Below are positions 36,931-50,172 of a stretch of 64,000 bases of DNA, one piece after another. The notes beneath the pieces were generated by a model. The model worked only from the letters and a program-made list of their open reading frames with translations, had not been told where the DNA came from and made no database searches. The DNA is taken from positions 115,708,534 to 115,772,533 of the forward strand of contig NC_068985.1 of assembly GCF_001194135.2 (NCBI RefSeq), written 5' to 3'. This DNA is from Octopus bimaculoides. Taxonomy: Eukaryota. The translations under genes were made by a program, and so were the position numbers. Each line of letters starts with the position of its first letter. The first letter of the stretch is position 1.

Positions 36931-38611
36931 ACCTCTCNNNNNNNNNNNNNNNNNNNNNNNNNNNNNNNNNNNNNNNNNNNNNNNNNNNNNNNNNNNNNNN
37001 NNNNNNNNNNNNNNNNNNNNNNNNNNNNNNNNNNNNNNNNNNNNNNNNNNNNNNNNNNNNNNNNNNNNNNNNNNNNNNNNNNNNNNNNNNNNNNNNNNNN
37101 NNNNNNNNNNNNNNNNNNNNNNNNNNNNNNNNNNNNNNNNNNNNNNNNNNNNNNNNNNNNNNNNNNNNNNNNNNNNNNNNNNNNNNNNNNNNNNNNNNNN
37201 NNNNNNNNNNNNNNNNNNNNNNNNNNNNNNNNNNNNNNNNNNNNNNNNNNNNNNNNNNNNNNNNNNNNNNNNNNNNNNNNNNNNNNNNNNNNNNNNNNNN
37301 NNNNNNNNNNNNNNNNNNNNNNNNNNNNNNNNNNNNNNNNNNNNNNNNNNNNNNNNNNNNNNNNNNNNNNNNNNNNNNNNNNNNNNNNNNNNNNNNNNNN
37401 NNNNNNNNNNNNNNNNNNNNNNNNNNNNNNNNNNNNNNNNNNNNNNNNNNNNNNNNNNNNNNNNNNNNNNNNNNNNNNNNNNNNNNNNNNNNNNNNNNNN
37501 NNNNNNNNNNNNNNNNNNNNNNNNNNNNNNNNNNNNNNNNNNNNNNNNNNNNNNNNNNNNNNNNNNNNNNNNNNNNNNNNNNNNNNNNNNNNNNNNNNNN
37601 NNNNNNNNNNNNNNNNNNNNNNNNNNNNNNNNNNNNNNNNNNNNNNNNNNNNNNNNNNNNNNNNNNNNNNNNNNNNNNNNNNNNNNNNNNNNNNNNNNNN
37701 NNNNNNNNNNNNNNNNNNNNNNNNNNNNNNNNNNNNNNNNNNNNNNNNNNNNNNNNNNNNNNNNNNNNNNNNNNNNNNNNNNNNNNNNNNNNNNNNNNNN
37801 NNNNNNNNNNNNNNNNNATATATTATATAGAGAGAGAGGGAGAGAGAGGGTGAAGGACGGAGGGGGAGTTAGGGAGGGGGAGGGCGAGAGAGGGTGAAGG
37901 ACGGAGGAGGAGTTAGGGAGGGGGAGGGCGAGAGGGAGAGACATTAAAGAGAGAAATTAGAGAGGGATGATATTGAGGGGAGTACGGAGTAATCTACAGA
38001 AAGAGGACGAGCTAGGGTGTTTTACAGACAGAAACTCACACACGCACACATACACAGAGCAGCACAAACACAACAAGTATATAACGAAGACGAAAGGGAA
38101 GGGTGAACCATGCAACGAGACAGTGAGAAAAAGAGAGAGTGAGAGAGGGGGAGTAATAGGCTGGAATGCTTGAAAGAGTGTAAATGTTAAAGAGGATGCC
38201 GAAAGGAAAAAGCGTAATCGAAACGTTTAAGACACACGAATATGTTTTGGAATGGAAGAGAGTTAACGTAGTATGTGTGCGGGAGGTGGAGACAAAGGGT
38301 GTGCTAGGTAGGGAGAGGAAATGAGCAAGCAGAAAAAGGCAGGAGAGATTACAAAATAGAGAGAAGAGGGAAAGTGTGTAAGGAGAGGGAAAAGGGAAGC
38401 GAAGAAATATATGCGTCTCTGTGTGTGAGAGCGGGAGAGAGTAAACTTGTGTGTGAGTATGTGTGTGTGTGTGGATGAAGTTCTAAGGAACAGACCATCG
38501 TTTGGAGACTGCGAATGTGTATTCTCGTCTCTATATGAAGCGGCAGTTTATCCAGATTCTCTAAAATCCAGAATCACACACACACAAGCACACACATGTA
38601 CACACACATAG

Positions 38612-38671
<60 letters not shown>

Positions 38672-41065
38672 GCCCAACTCTTCGTAACGCCGGTGTTAAA
38701 ACGGAGGTAGCTGATGAAGGAAAATGTTCTCTATGTGGCTTGTGTGTTTTCTGTACTCTAGTTATTATTATTTTCTTGTCTACGTTTTGTTTGCAATGTC
38801 CTGTACCCAGATATGCACCTATATACACAGGTAGACGTAGGTATGCACATACCTGTAGGTATATATGCATATACTCATTTATTATTTGTGATATATATAT
38901 ATATATATATATATACACATGCACACATCTATATATGATGTAAGGTAGCTTAGTAATGAGTATAATCATTGCACATTTATAAACTGTCAATCGAAAAAGC
39001 CATTTAGTCCTCCTAATGATATACGGTTTTTACGAAATCTATCACATAAATGTCTCGTCTCAGTTAAATGCAATGCCGAATCATCGCATAGGTTATTATG
39101 TACTCCAACAGAAAATTCACATATTTTATAGGTTTGGCAGGCATATGTTCGTTCTGTTGACGAAGTTTTGATTTTTACCGCTGTCTAATGTGACCAATCT
39201 TACAAACGCACCCGCGGTTTCAAGATGTATATTCGAAACTGTGTATTGATATTTATAGGGTTGCCTTTTCTTGCGCCTCGTTGCAATTTTGCGCTTTTCA
39301 TGCAGTTCTCTTCAAAATCCTTGAAACACTTCAGAATAAATTTGTTTTTCATTTGATGCTTTATCAATATCAAATAACTACTCATATCCATGCTACCAGC
39401 CATTCCATCTCTTCAACATTTCTTCACCTTTCTCTTAGTTACATTCACTTTCAGTTCCCTCCTCTCACACACTCTTCCAAACTCTACCACCAGTCTCCTC
39501 AGTTGTTCTTAGGAATCCGCCACCAGTGCTGTATCATCAGCAAGGAACAACTATCTCAACTGTCATTTCTCTTCATTTTCTCCCACCATTTGGGTTCTAC
39601 TACCAAAGGTTCTGGCATTTATCTCCATCACCACACCGTCCATATATAAATTAAACAGCCATGGAGACATCACACAACCCTGTCTTAACCTCACCTTCCC
39701 ACCAAACATCTCACTTCACCACCCATTCTAACGCACGTTCTAACAGCTCTCAACAATCTACCATCTATTCCGTACAACCGCGACACCTGCCATATTGCAT
39801 CCCTATCCACACGGTCATATGCGTTCTCTAAGTCCATAAAGGCCCAATGCACACCACTCTCTTTCGCCAAAAACTTCTCACACATCTGCCTAACTACAAA
39901 TATATTACCTGCAAACCCCCTTCCACTCTCAAAACCGCACTGCTCCTTCCCTATTACACTCTCTGTCTGGTTCCTGACCCTTACAATCAGAATTCTCTCA
40001 TACAGTTTATCAACCACACACAATAGGCTTATACTCCTAAAATTTCCACACTCATATTTATCCCCTTTCCCCTTGTACAATGGCACTATACAGGCACTGT
40101 ACCAGTCCGTTGGTACTCTTCCAGCCATATAACAAACATTCATAAGCCTCACTAACCATTCAATCACTATCACTCCTCCTTACTTTAAGCATCCTAACGT
40201 ACATCCATCTATACCTGGCACCTTCCGGTTTGCCCTCTTCCGCAAGGGTTCCCTCACCTCTTCCCATCCAATTGCTCCGTAGTTCCATTCCCCAACAGCA
40301 GGCATTCTCCTCTCTCCTACGACAGCCACTATACTTACCTCCTATCATCCTCCACATTTAACACTAAAATACTCTGGCTGGAAGAGTACCAAAGGACTGG
40401 TACAGTGCCTGTATAGTTCCACTGTACAAGAGGAAAGGGGATAAACTACTCCTCTGTACTTCCGTTCAATAAATGTCCATTTATATCCTTCCCTCTTTCT
40501 TCCCTTCCTCCAACCACCTTTCTTATCCTCTATTCCTCTTTCCAAAACATGTTTATTTCTTACAAAATGTTCACTCACCTTTTTCCCGAACCTTTCACTC
40601 ACCTGCCGTTTCTCCACACCCACCACTCTCTTTACTCTCCTCTTCACTTATCTGTAGCGATCATAAGCTTCTCCATCCCTTTTCTGCAGCCAGTCCTCAA
40701 AGACCATTTTCTCTGCCCTTACCCGCTCAACACCTTACTTCACACCCATTCCAACTACTCGCGTACCACGTACCTCAGAGGTATATCTCCTTAATGCCTC
40801 TCTAAAAGCCTCCCAGCCCTACTCCCTACCTCCAATCTTCCGTTTCTTAAGCTCTAACTTTCTCTACATGGTCCTGCTCCTTCTCTTATCCAGTTCTCTC
40901 ACCTTCACAACCTCTCTCCTCGCCGCCACTCGTCTAGCATTCCGTTTTGAGCACACCTTCAACTTATCTTGTACTAAGAAGTGATTTGACACTCCTCCAC
41001 CTTCACCTTTCATTGCATGCACATCCACCAACTTTCCTACCACTTTCTTATCAATTAGTACATAT

Positions 41066-41454
41066 AGGCGCAGAAGTGGCTGTGTGGTAAGTAGCTCGCT
41101 TACCAACCACATGGTTCCGGGTTCCGTCCTACTGCGTGGCACCTTGGGCAAGTGTTTTCTACTATAGCCTCGGGCCGACCAAAGCCTTGTGAGTGGATTT
41201 TGTAGGTGGAAATTGAAAGAGGCCCGTTGTTTGTGTGTCTGTGTTTGTCCCCCNNNNNNNNNNACATCGCTTGACAACCGATACTGGTGTGTTTAAGTAC
41301 CCGCCAATTAGCGGTTCGGCAAAAGAAACCGATAGAATAAGTACTAGGCTTACAAAGAATAAGTCCTGGGGTAGATTTGCTCGACTAAAAAGGCGGTGCT
41401 CCAGCATGGCCGCAGTCAAATGACTGAAACAAGTAAAACAGTAAAACAGTAAAC
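41066..41454 (+). mobile_element. SINE family A nested in the RTE endonuclease region
   Basis: Splits the RTE peptide ALLD|YVLIDKK. Confidence 0.9.
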
Positions 41455-41680
41455 AGTCTAACAAGGCCCTATCCACTACTGTTCGTCCCTCCACCATGTG
41501 AACTTACGCTTCTCCCGCTATTTAAAAAGACTATTCCCTACCGCCAACTCCTGCGCCATACACATTTCTAACAACTTCCCTCCACTCTCATTCCGACCAG
41601 GAACTCCATATTTTCCCATTACATTTTATAGCTCCCCATTTCCCACTCGCGCATTCAAATCATCCAGCACTTCCACATAA

Positions 41681-41742
41681 CGGGAACTGACTGAGTGTGT
41701 GAATAGGGTAGGGACCCTATTCACACACTCAGTCAGTTCCCG
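41681..41742. repeat. Perfect 29-bp hairpin with 4-nt loop inside the RTE
   Basis: CGGGAACTGACTGAGTGTGTGAATAGGGT-AGGG-ACCCTATTCACACACTCAGTCAGTTCCCG. Confidence 0.95.
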
Positions 41743-42743
41743 CTAGAACTTCTCTACTTCTCCCTCACTCCTTTCACTCCCTGGACCATATGCACTAAAA
41801 AAAAAACACTCACCTCTCTCCTCCCTATCTCATCTTAAGCCACATTAATCTTGAAGACTCTTCCCTCCATTCTACCACACTTTCCTTCACACGGTCACTC
41901 ACCAGTAATGCCACTCCCTCACGAATCTCCCCTCCCCTCCCACTCCCGATACTCGTCCAGTCACATCCATAAAGTGGTATTCTCCCTTACCTTTCATCTT
42001 AGTTTCACTGAGTGCCAGCACATCCATCCTTCTCCTCATTACACTCCGTACCTCTCTCCTCCTTACCTCACTTGTATTACACTCACGCTCATTCCATGAC
42101 CCTAGTACTAGGGTGAGATTTGGCGTTAACCTTCTTCCACCGCGTTGTCTTTTTCTTGATGTCTTACAAGGAATATAAAATTACATGGAGGAGTGGATTC
42201 CCTGTCCTTTCAACCCCACCCCGTTTAGTCGCCTCTTACGCCACGCAGGGATTATGGCTACTGCATTCTACCGATCTTCAGCCCCAGTCGCAGTGGGGTT
42301 TTCTAGTTAACCCATAGGTGGGACCCTTACAGATGCTACCACTCCGGGCCGGAGCAGACCCGAGGACAATAGTGACTAAGAAGGGGTTCTACACTCCTCA
42401 AACTCTGAAACCAGGGCTCCCATGACTTCACTTAAGAGTAGGGCTGATAACGAATATTACTTAATCTGAAGCTCTAACATTTTGAATACCCACGAAATTT
42501 TATGCGTAAGAGTTGGTAACTCTGTGTTATTAACGTTAAAGGGATCTGGAATCAAATATAGAAAATAATGCGATTTAGAATTAATCCGTTTGAGTTTCAA
42601 TATACATAAATGCCCTCATAACAGTTTAAATATGTATGTATTATATAAATAAGGTGACATAAATAAAATCTTTGAAAACAATTTAAATATTATGACTATG
42701 ACAACATATAAAAACCCTCAGAACAGTTTCAATGTGTGTGTTA

Positions 42744-42789
<46 letters not shown>

Positions 42790-42869
42790 GGAGAGAGGAG
42801 AAAGAACGAAAGAGACAGAGAGAGTGAGAGAAAGGGACAGAGATTTCAGTTTGTGGAAGCATTTAACAA

Positions 42870-43500
42870 AAATCTATTGTGAATATATGACAGGGTAGGA
42901 GCAGTTATATCAGCGTATTTCACATCAACACTGGTTGGAAATGCATATCAGCATTCAAAACCGATGACAATATATCGTAATATATCATTATGAAAAGGCC
43001 TGATATTATCTGTAAATTTATCAGGACAATCAAGATTTCTGAGAATTACCCATAATGCATCGCGGTTCACTGAAGAAAGGGTTTTAGTGATATCAATGAA
43101 GCGGTCGTAGAGTTAAATACAATTCTCTCTATAGGTGACGTTAGGGAAATATAATAGACAGGCTTGGCTCCACATCCAGCATAAAAGAAAATAATCTGAA
43201 TGAGACTCTTGAACAAGGATTATCCTAGTGCGATGAATGGGCTGATCAAGAATAGTTGTTCGTTATTAACCTATAACACCGAGGGTAGAAAGGCCTCATG
43301 AATTACCTCTTTACCAGCATTTCTTTGTACAACGCCCTTGACAGTACATCTTTACAATTGTGAAGAACTGTATAAATTCGCCAAAAAGAATATATATAAG
43401 ACGGTACAAAACATCCAGCGTTCTATTTCCCCCATATTTTGATAACAGCCATTGGAGCTTTAAAAATTTCTATTTCATTCATAGTTTGAGTCACATCCGT
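42870..43500 (-). mobile_element. Decayed RTE-like RT fragment
   Basis: FIDITKTLSSVNRDALWVILRNLDCPDKF, followed by a GVKQG..APTL-like segment. Confidence 0.65.
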
Positions 43501-43861
43501 CTTAAGGGATGGGCATCCTTGGCAGTTACCCGGGTGTCTCAGAAGTCTGAAGTAGTCCTAATCTATGTATGCTGTAACCTGATGTCAATAAATAAATAAT
43601 AGATGATGCACTATATCGATTTGACCCGGGACCGACAATGCTACGATGAGTGCTTTGGTTTGTGTATTTATAAGTACCCGTGAAATATTGCTAGATAGCC
43701 TGAAGGAGGTGAGCTTGCTGAATCGTTAGCAGCCCCCGGTGAAAATGCTTAGTGGCATTTTGTCCGTCTTTACTTCAAATTCTACCGAGGCCGACTATGC
43801 TTTTCATCTTTCGAAGTAGCAGTTACTTTTGTAGTAGATGCAGCTGTCGTTTATGTAAGAA

Positions 43862-43924
<63 letters not shown>

Positions 43925-44619
43925 GTGTAGGTGTAGTAAAGGAAGTATTAGTTGGTGTAGTGGAAGATGTAGTACTACTTGTGTAGAATAAACAGAAGTC
44001 GATAGAATAAATACAAGTTGGACACTAGGGTCCATGAAATTGCTGGCTTTGTGTCAAAATTTAAACCAATATTACTTGATAGCCGTTGATCCTGCAGTGT
44101 ATCTATTCTTTGGTCGTCTTGTTTTGGCCCTGTTGCTTTTCTAGCGTCGCTCCTCACCGGAAAGACTGATGGGGTTGATCGATAAGTTGCCAAGTACATA
44201 TACATATGATAGGTAACCGATTGCATTTTACCAGTAGCAATATTGAATAGCTGAACTCACTCGCGAACATACACAAAAATACATACATATATACTCGTGC
44301 TTATACACGTTCACCTGCTCACACACGTGCGCTCACACACACAAACATACACACACACACACGCGTTCGTATATTTTAGTGTTTGCTTTTATGTAAAGTT
44401 ATATAAAATCAATTTAGTATTCAACTAAAGGATTACTCAATACTTTTAGTAGGGTACATTTTTATTAACTTTAAGAAGGAAAAGGTCGTGAGTGACTTCG
44501 AAGTTTGAACTGCTCGCCTTCCTCAGACTATACGGACACGCACACACACACACACACATACACAGACACAACGGATATCGAACACGATCGATCGTACATC
44601 TTTTTCATTCGTAACAAAA

Positions 44620-46600
44620 GTTCAAGAGATTTTGGTGTTTATATTTTGTGGTGTGCACTTATAGAGATTTTGTGTGTTTGGGTGTGTTGGAGTAACTTAT
44701 ATTCGAAAAGTTTGCAGATTTGCCCAATATATTTATGAATGATATCTCAACCTGATTGTATTCTAAATGATTCTTAGATGAATATCTATGTTGGCCTGTT
44801 GTAAATGTTTCAAATCCTCAGTTTAATATGTTACCTGTTGTTAATAACATATTGAATTTTTCTGCGATGCAACAAAGTCTATCTCTTTGGATATGGTCGA
44901 GTTATTACAACAATGCTTTATTTTATTGGCATGTTGTTTCCTATACTTTTCAGATTCTAGATATATTGGAACATCGATGAAAATTTTATTATTTCTATGG
45001 ATCTAAAGGAACTATAGTGCTATATATGCCGGATTTTGAAGATATTCTCTATTAGCCTTTTATATGTCATTTCGATAACATCTGCTGTTTTTATTGTGGC
45101 TTTATATATAAGAGCTTTCAATAGCAATTTTCAATTAAGTGGATAGTATAGTGCATTTCTGAATTTATATTTAGACAGTCGGGTTTTGTATTAAATCTCG
45201 TATTTCAGTTATAGTGGAAGATTTGGGAGGTAAAATTATCGAGGTGTCCAGAAGCTGGACTTTATTTCTATTAAAAATCTCGTGGTAGATATGTGTTACT
45301 AAGATGTAGTGAATATCAGTAACAGGAGGTTGTTTGCTGTATTAGTATTCATGCAGTATATAGAATTATATCAGTTCTTATTCAATGCTTTTTGTAAGCT
45401 AAAATAATTTTTTTGATCAAGTATACTTCTTGTATTAGGGGAGCGGATTTTATAAATATTGTTTATAAGCTGACAGTGTTGATATTTATTTAATTGTAAT
45501 AGTCTTTCATTTCTTATCCTTGCATATATGATTATGGAATCTGTTTCTGTATACTGTCAATCAACCTTGCTTTGTGATTCTTGCTATTTACGTATGTTTA
45601 TATCGCATGTAAATTTTAGTAGATTCAAAATGATTAGGTTTCTTTTTACTGCAAGTTTTAGAAAACATTTTAAATATGCTAATTAGGTTTTTTTCTAAAT
45701 CCATTCATATGCTGGCGCTTCATGATCTCAATAACAGTTAGCTATATAGCCGTCTATTGGTTTAGTACTTACATATTGGGTGTCTCGCGTGGAGGCGCAA
45801 TGGCCCAGTCGTTAGGGCAGGGGACTCGCGGTCATAGGATCACGGTTTCGATTCCCCGAACAGGCGCTGTGAGTGCTTATTGAGCGAAAACACCTAAAGC
45901 TCCACGAGGCTCCGGCGGGGGATGGTGGCGAACCCTGCTGTACTCTTTCACCACAACTTTCATTCACTCTTACTTCCTGTTTCTGTTGTGCCTGTAAATC
46001 AAAGGGTCAGCCTTGTCACACTGTGTCACGCTGACTATCCCCGAGAACTACGTTAAGAGTACACGTGACTGTGGAGTGCTCAGCCACTTGCACGTTAATT
46101 TCACGAGCAGGCTGTTCCGTTGATCGGATCAACTGGAACCCTCGACATCGTAAGCGACGGAGTGCCAACAACAAATTGGGTGTTTCGAATATTTAAACGG
46201 CGTGGAGTTGAAACTTCTGTAAGATCAAAGCTCGATAGAGATAGATCAGCATGACAATTTCCTGCTCTTTGGTCTTGAAGACTGTACGATTGTGCTTACA
46301 TTGTTTGTGTTGTGATGGTGATGAAGGTTTTCTGAAATCGTAATATTTCATAAGGCATTTCAAAACGTATATATAAATTCTACTATGTTGAACAGAACAC
46401 ATCTAGATTTAGTTTTTAATATTGTTAAACGGCGACTTGATTATAGAACCCATGGCGATAAGTTGAAGGTTTTTATATTTTATATATTTTAAATCTTCTA
46501 GGTGTATTTGTTTACTTTGCACAGTTTATGTAGCGGTTTATTAAACTGCGTTTCGTGCCGTTGGACGTGAGATCGGTCTCGCGTTTCTTCAATGTGATTG
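44620..46600 (-). mobile_element. Very decayed Penelope-like element relic, split by SINE C
   Basis: KVQLLDTSI...QNPT (FLD...KPT-like) and downstream PLE-like segments; hammerhead-like motif upstream on the same strand. Confidence 0.4.
45784..46174 (+). mobile_element. Full-length SINE family C (tRNA-Arg-like head) with 9-bp TSD
   Basis: GGAGGCGCAATGGCCCAGTCGTTAGG...GGTTTCGATTCCC head; (CAA) tail; TSD ATTGGGTGT at 45775-45783 and 46175-46183. Confidence 0.92.
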
Positions 46601-47733
46601 ATCATTTGCGCAGACTAACGGATTCTACATAGTATTCTGTTTAAAATTGCAATACTCGTGTTTTTACGTCGGCATTTATTCAGTTTGAAATGTCGGGAAA
46701 ATGATTTTCCTAAAATGTTGAAGAACTAATACAGGTTTAGCATGTGCGGCTGTCTTTATTTCGTATACAACTTCATGTTTCTTCCGGCTCGGGCGAATGT
46801 ATTATTTGGGGATTTAAAGACGTACACCTGATTATTTTTTATATTAACTAATATTCTGACAACAGATTCCTGTGAGGTGTACAATCAGTTATACTGTGGA
46901 AGAGGAATGATAAAAGTGTGTGTGCAATAGAAAGAGAGAGAGAGAGAGAATCGATCAGTTTAAATACTAAACCTTAGCCTTTACATTTGTCTCAAACTCG
47001 AAACTGTAACCCTAATCATATTCCTAAACTTACCTTAATCCAAAATACTAACCGCAGTTTCAAAGCTAGCGCTAAGCGTTTTGCGTAGAATCGACATCTT
47101 CAATGTTTAAAGAATGTAATTCTAGGAAGAAAGCTTGAAAATGAAAAGATACCTCCAGGTACGTATTTTAAGATTCAGCAGAACAAAACAAAAAGTGATA
47201 AAGAACTGCGAAAACTTTACAGAATTGTAATCTGTTATTTTGAAAATATAGAAATTAGAAAGAATATTTAAAATGAGAACGATAATATGTAGAAAAGTTA
47301 TGCGGTGTGTTTATCTCAAACATCACCAAACAATATCATTAAAGAACAAGACGTTCCAAAGTTGAACTATTAGATCAACTTGGAGAATTTAATTTCTTGC
47401 AATGAGTAATTGAAGATCTGTTATTCAGTATGAGTTTGTGAGGTCATTATACCCCAGGAGATTCCGGCTAAGGAACTCGCACGTATAGGTTAGTTTCTTT
47501 TCGATTTAAAACGCTCTACAAACTTGAACACAATTTTAAAGCGGTGCTTCATTTTTTTCCACAAATTCGACGTCAATATATGTGTGTGAGTGGATGCTCT
47601 TTTAATGTACTCGCACACACAAGGACGCACGCGCACAGAGATTTCGTAGAAGAAATAAGAATCCTTGCGTAGAGGTCGTATATATTTCTTAGAAAATCCA
47701 ACACTCCTTGTATTAGCTCCTTCATTATATATG

Positions 47734-47757
<24 letters not shown>

Positions 47758-47764
<7 letters not shown>

Positions 47765-48064
47765 AACAAAAGTGAAAAATCTACAGAAGGCTTGTGTTAC
47801 ATGTTTAAAGTATATATTTAAATTGTTATGTCAGAAAACTTTTATAAAATTTTGGGTATGTAAACATTGTATTTGGAGAAATAACCGGTTTCGTGTTGTC
47901 TTTTCAAATTTTTCTACTTGTATTGTAACATGTCTTCGCTCCCGTGTGCAAAAAAAGAGTTTATATACCCCAATTTTTATAAAATTTTTCTGACATAACA
48001 ATTTAAATATATACTTTAACCATGTAACAAGCCTTCTGTAGTTTTTTCACTCTTGTTTATCTTT
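47758..48064. repeat. Fold-back element with ~106-bp imperfect inverted arms (47758-47865 and 47959-48064)
   Basis: AAAGATAAACAA(A/G)AGTGAAAAA...GGGTAT(G/A)TAAAC on both ends. Confidence 0.88.
47875..47915 (-). ncRNA. Minimal hammerhead-like motif, U3-A8 variant
   Basis: AGAAAAAT-TTGAAAA-GACAACAC-GAA-ACCGGT-T-ATTTCTCC; stem I 6/8 pairs, palindromic helix III, eroded stem II. Confidence 0.5.
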
Positions 48065-48321
48065 AATACATCCAACCACGTGCTTTCACATACCAATATT
48101 CTCAACTATATNNNNNNNNNNNNNNNNNNNNNNNNNNNNNNNNNNNNNNNNNNNNNNNNNNNNNNNNNNNNNNNNNNNNNNNNNNNNNNNNNNNNNNNNN
48201 TATTACAGACACCAAAGTAACTTTTGAACGCAGTATAACCATGAAAACAGCAGAAAGATTACGTATTCTACCCTTATAATACGCAAAAAATGTTGTCAGA
48301 TACCGGCTGACTACTGTTTTT

Positions 48322-48517
48322 CACTCTAAGCACAAAGCCCGAAATTTTGGGTGAGGTGGCGGCAGTCGATTAGATCTACCTCAATACGGAACTGGTACTT
48401 AAGTTATCAACTCCAAACTGATGGAAGGCAAAGTCAACCTCGGCAGAATTTGAACTAAGAACATAAAGACAGACGAAATACCGCTAAGCATTTCGCCCTG
48501 CCAGCTCGCCGCCTTAC
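48322..48517 (-). mobile_element. SINE family B
   Basis: Family match ending in CCAGCTCGCCGCCTT. Confidence 0.85.
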
Positions 48518-48772
48518 CGGCTGAGTACTCTACCATTAAGCTAACCTACCTGCTGACAACAATTACCGTCAAATTAAACACTAAGTAATATTAGCTTTTG
48601 GAATGCAAAAACTTTCTGCAAAGAAACTTTAGAAGAGTCGAATATGTTTCGTATTTTACAGACAAGAAATTAACTTTTGAACGCAGTATAGCCTTGAAAA
48701 CAGTAGAAAGATTGTGTATTCTACCTTACAAGACGGATAAAGTTGTCAGCAGATGGCTACGGGATTCGAACT

Positions 48773-48812
<40 letters not shown>

Positions 48813-49432
48813 ACGGCAACTAACAATCAGAAGCTGATAGAACAAGTACTAGACTTACATGGTCAGAATTTAATGAAGAAACAGAAAGAAGGGACAGATG
48901 AAATTATATATGCCGTAAATCCTCGAGTATAATCCGCATTTTTTTCCCCAAAATTTAAAGTATAAGACATAAAAATCTAATTAGTATCAATCTCCTCCTT
49001 AAAAACCTGTCTATCTACCTTTGCGGTTGGTGAGTGGCTGAGGATAATTTCGTATGTAGTAAAAAATAAACGAATATTGTTCATTGAATTTAATATAGTA
49101 CTTCATCTTCAATGTTGATTGTAAACGCCTTCATCGTGAAACAAAAGTGATATGATTCTAAGCATTTGTCAGACAACAACTGTTTTGCGTCGGCTCATAA
49201 ATGAAAAAAATAATAAAAGAAATACTTTGGTTGTTTTAGGATAAATTCGGCTTCAACGCTGTTTGTCAAATATACCTATTGTGTATGTTTATGGGTGGAG
49301 GGAGAAAGTGGAGAGACGGGAGTGAAAGAATTATATGAGAGACTAAGAGAAAAAATTTGGGCAAGATAGAATAATTCCGAAGAAGTCGTAACCAGGCAAA
49401 TAGAAACGAATATGAAAAATAAATAAATTTAT

Positions 49433-49700
49433 AGGCGCAGGGCTGGCTTAATGGTAGGAAGTTTGATTCTAAACCACAAGTTTCCGGATTAAGTCCCACT
49501 GGCAAGATGGGTAAGTGTCATCCACTACAGCCACAGGCTGACCAAAGCCTTGTCAGTAGATTTGGAAGGCGGAAACTGAAAGAAACTGATTGAACAAGTA
49601 CTAGAATAAATCTTGGTGTCGATTTCTTTGACTAAAACTCTTAACGGCGGTGCTCCAGCATGGCTGCAGTCAAATGGGAGAAACAAGTAAAAGAATAAAA
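49433..49700 (+). mobile_element. SINE family A, internally deleted
   Basis: AGGCGCAGG head and GGCGGTGCTCCAGCATGGCTGCAGTCAAATG tail. Confidence 0.8.
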
Positions 49701-49844
49701 GAATAGATAGATAGATCGAGAGCAGAGTGACAGAAAAAGGCCGAGAGAAAGAGAAAGAGAAAACAACAGAGTTTGACTTAATCGTAAATATGTATACGTG
49801 TTTATATGTGGTTATTCTACTTACATATTTGTGTGTAATTTTTT

Positions 49845-50172
49845 TTATCTAGACACAAGGCCCGAAATTTTGGGGGAGGGGGCCATTCGATTAGATCGAT
49901 CCCAATACGCAACTGGTACTTAATTTATTGACCGCGAAAGGATGAAAACAATGTCGAACTCGGCGGAATTTGAATTCAGAACTTTTCTTATTTCTTTATT
50001 GCCCACAAGGGGCTGAACACAGAGGGGACAAACAAGGACAGACAAAGGTATTAAGTCGATTACATCGACCTCAGTGCGTAACTGGTATTTAATTTATCGA
50101 CCCCGAAAGGATTAAAGGCAAAGTCGACCTCGGTGGAATTTGAACTCAGAAAGTTTCTACCAGTTCACCGCC
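49845..50172 (-). mobile_element. Two tandem SINE family B variants
   Basis: Repeated central domain at about 49900-49980 and 50060-50150. Confidence 0.8.

Larger units (their letters stand above)
39385..42300 (-). mobile_element. Decayed RTE-clade LINE (5' UTR, APE endonuclease, RT) lacking its 3' end
   Basis: TCCCTGCGTGGCGTAAGAGGCGACTAA 5' motif; DLNARVG; VSNHFLV; WYSACIVPLYKGKGDKYECGNFRSISLL; FMDLENAYDRVDR; LRQGCVMSPWLFNLYMD; LADDTAL. Confidence 0.9.

Noticed and set aside
45790-45865. tRNA-Arg gene
   Set aside because: It is the head of SINE C: no acceptor stem or T-run terminator, and it continues into a SINE body with a TSD.
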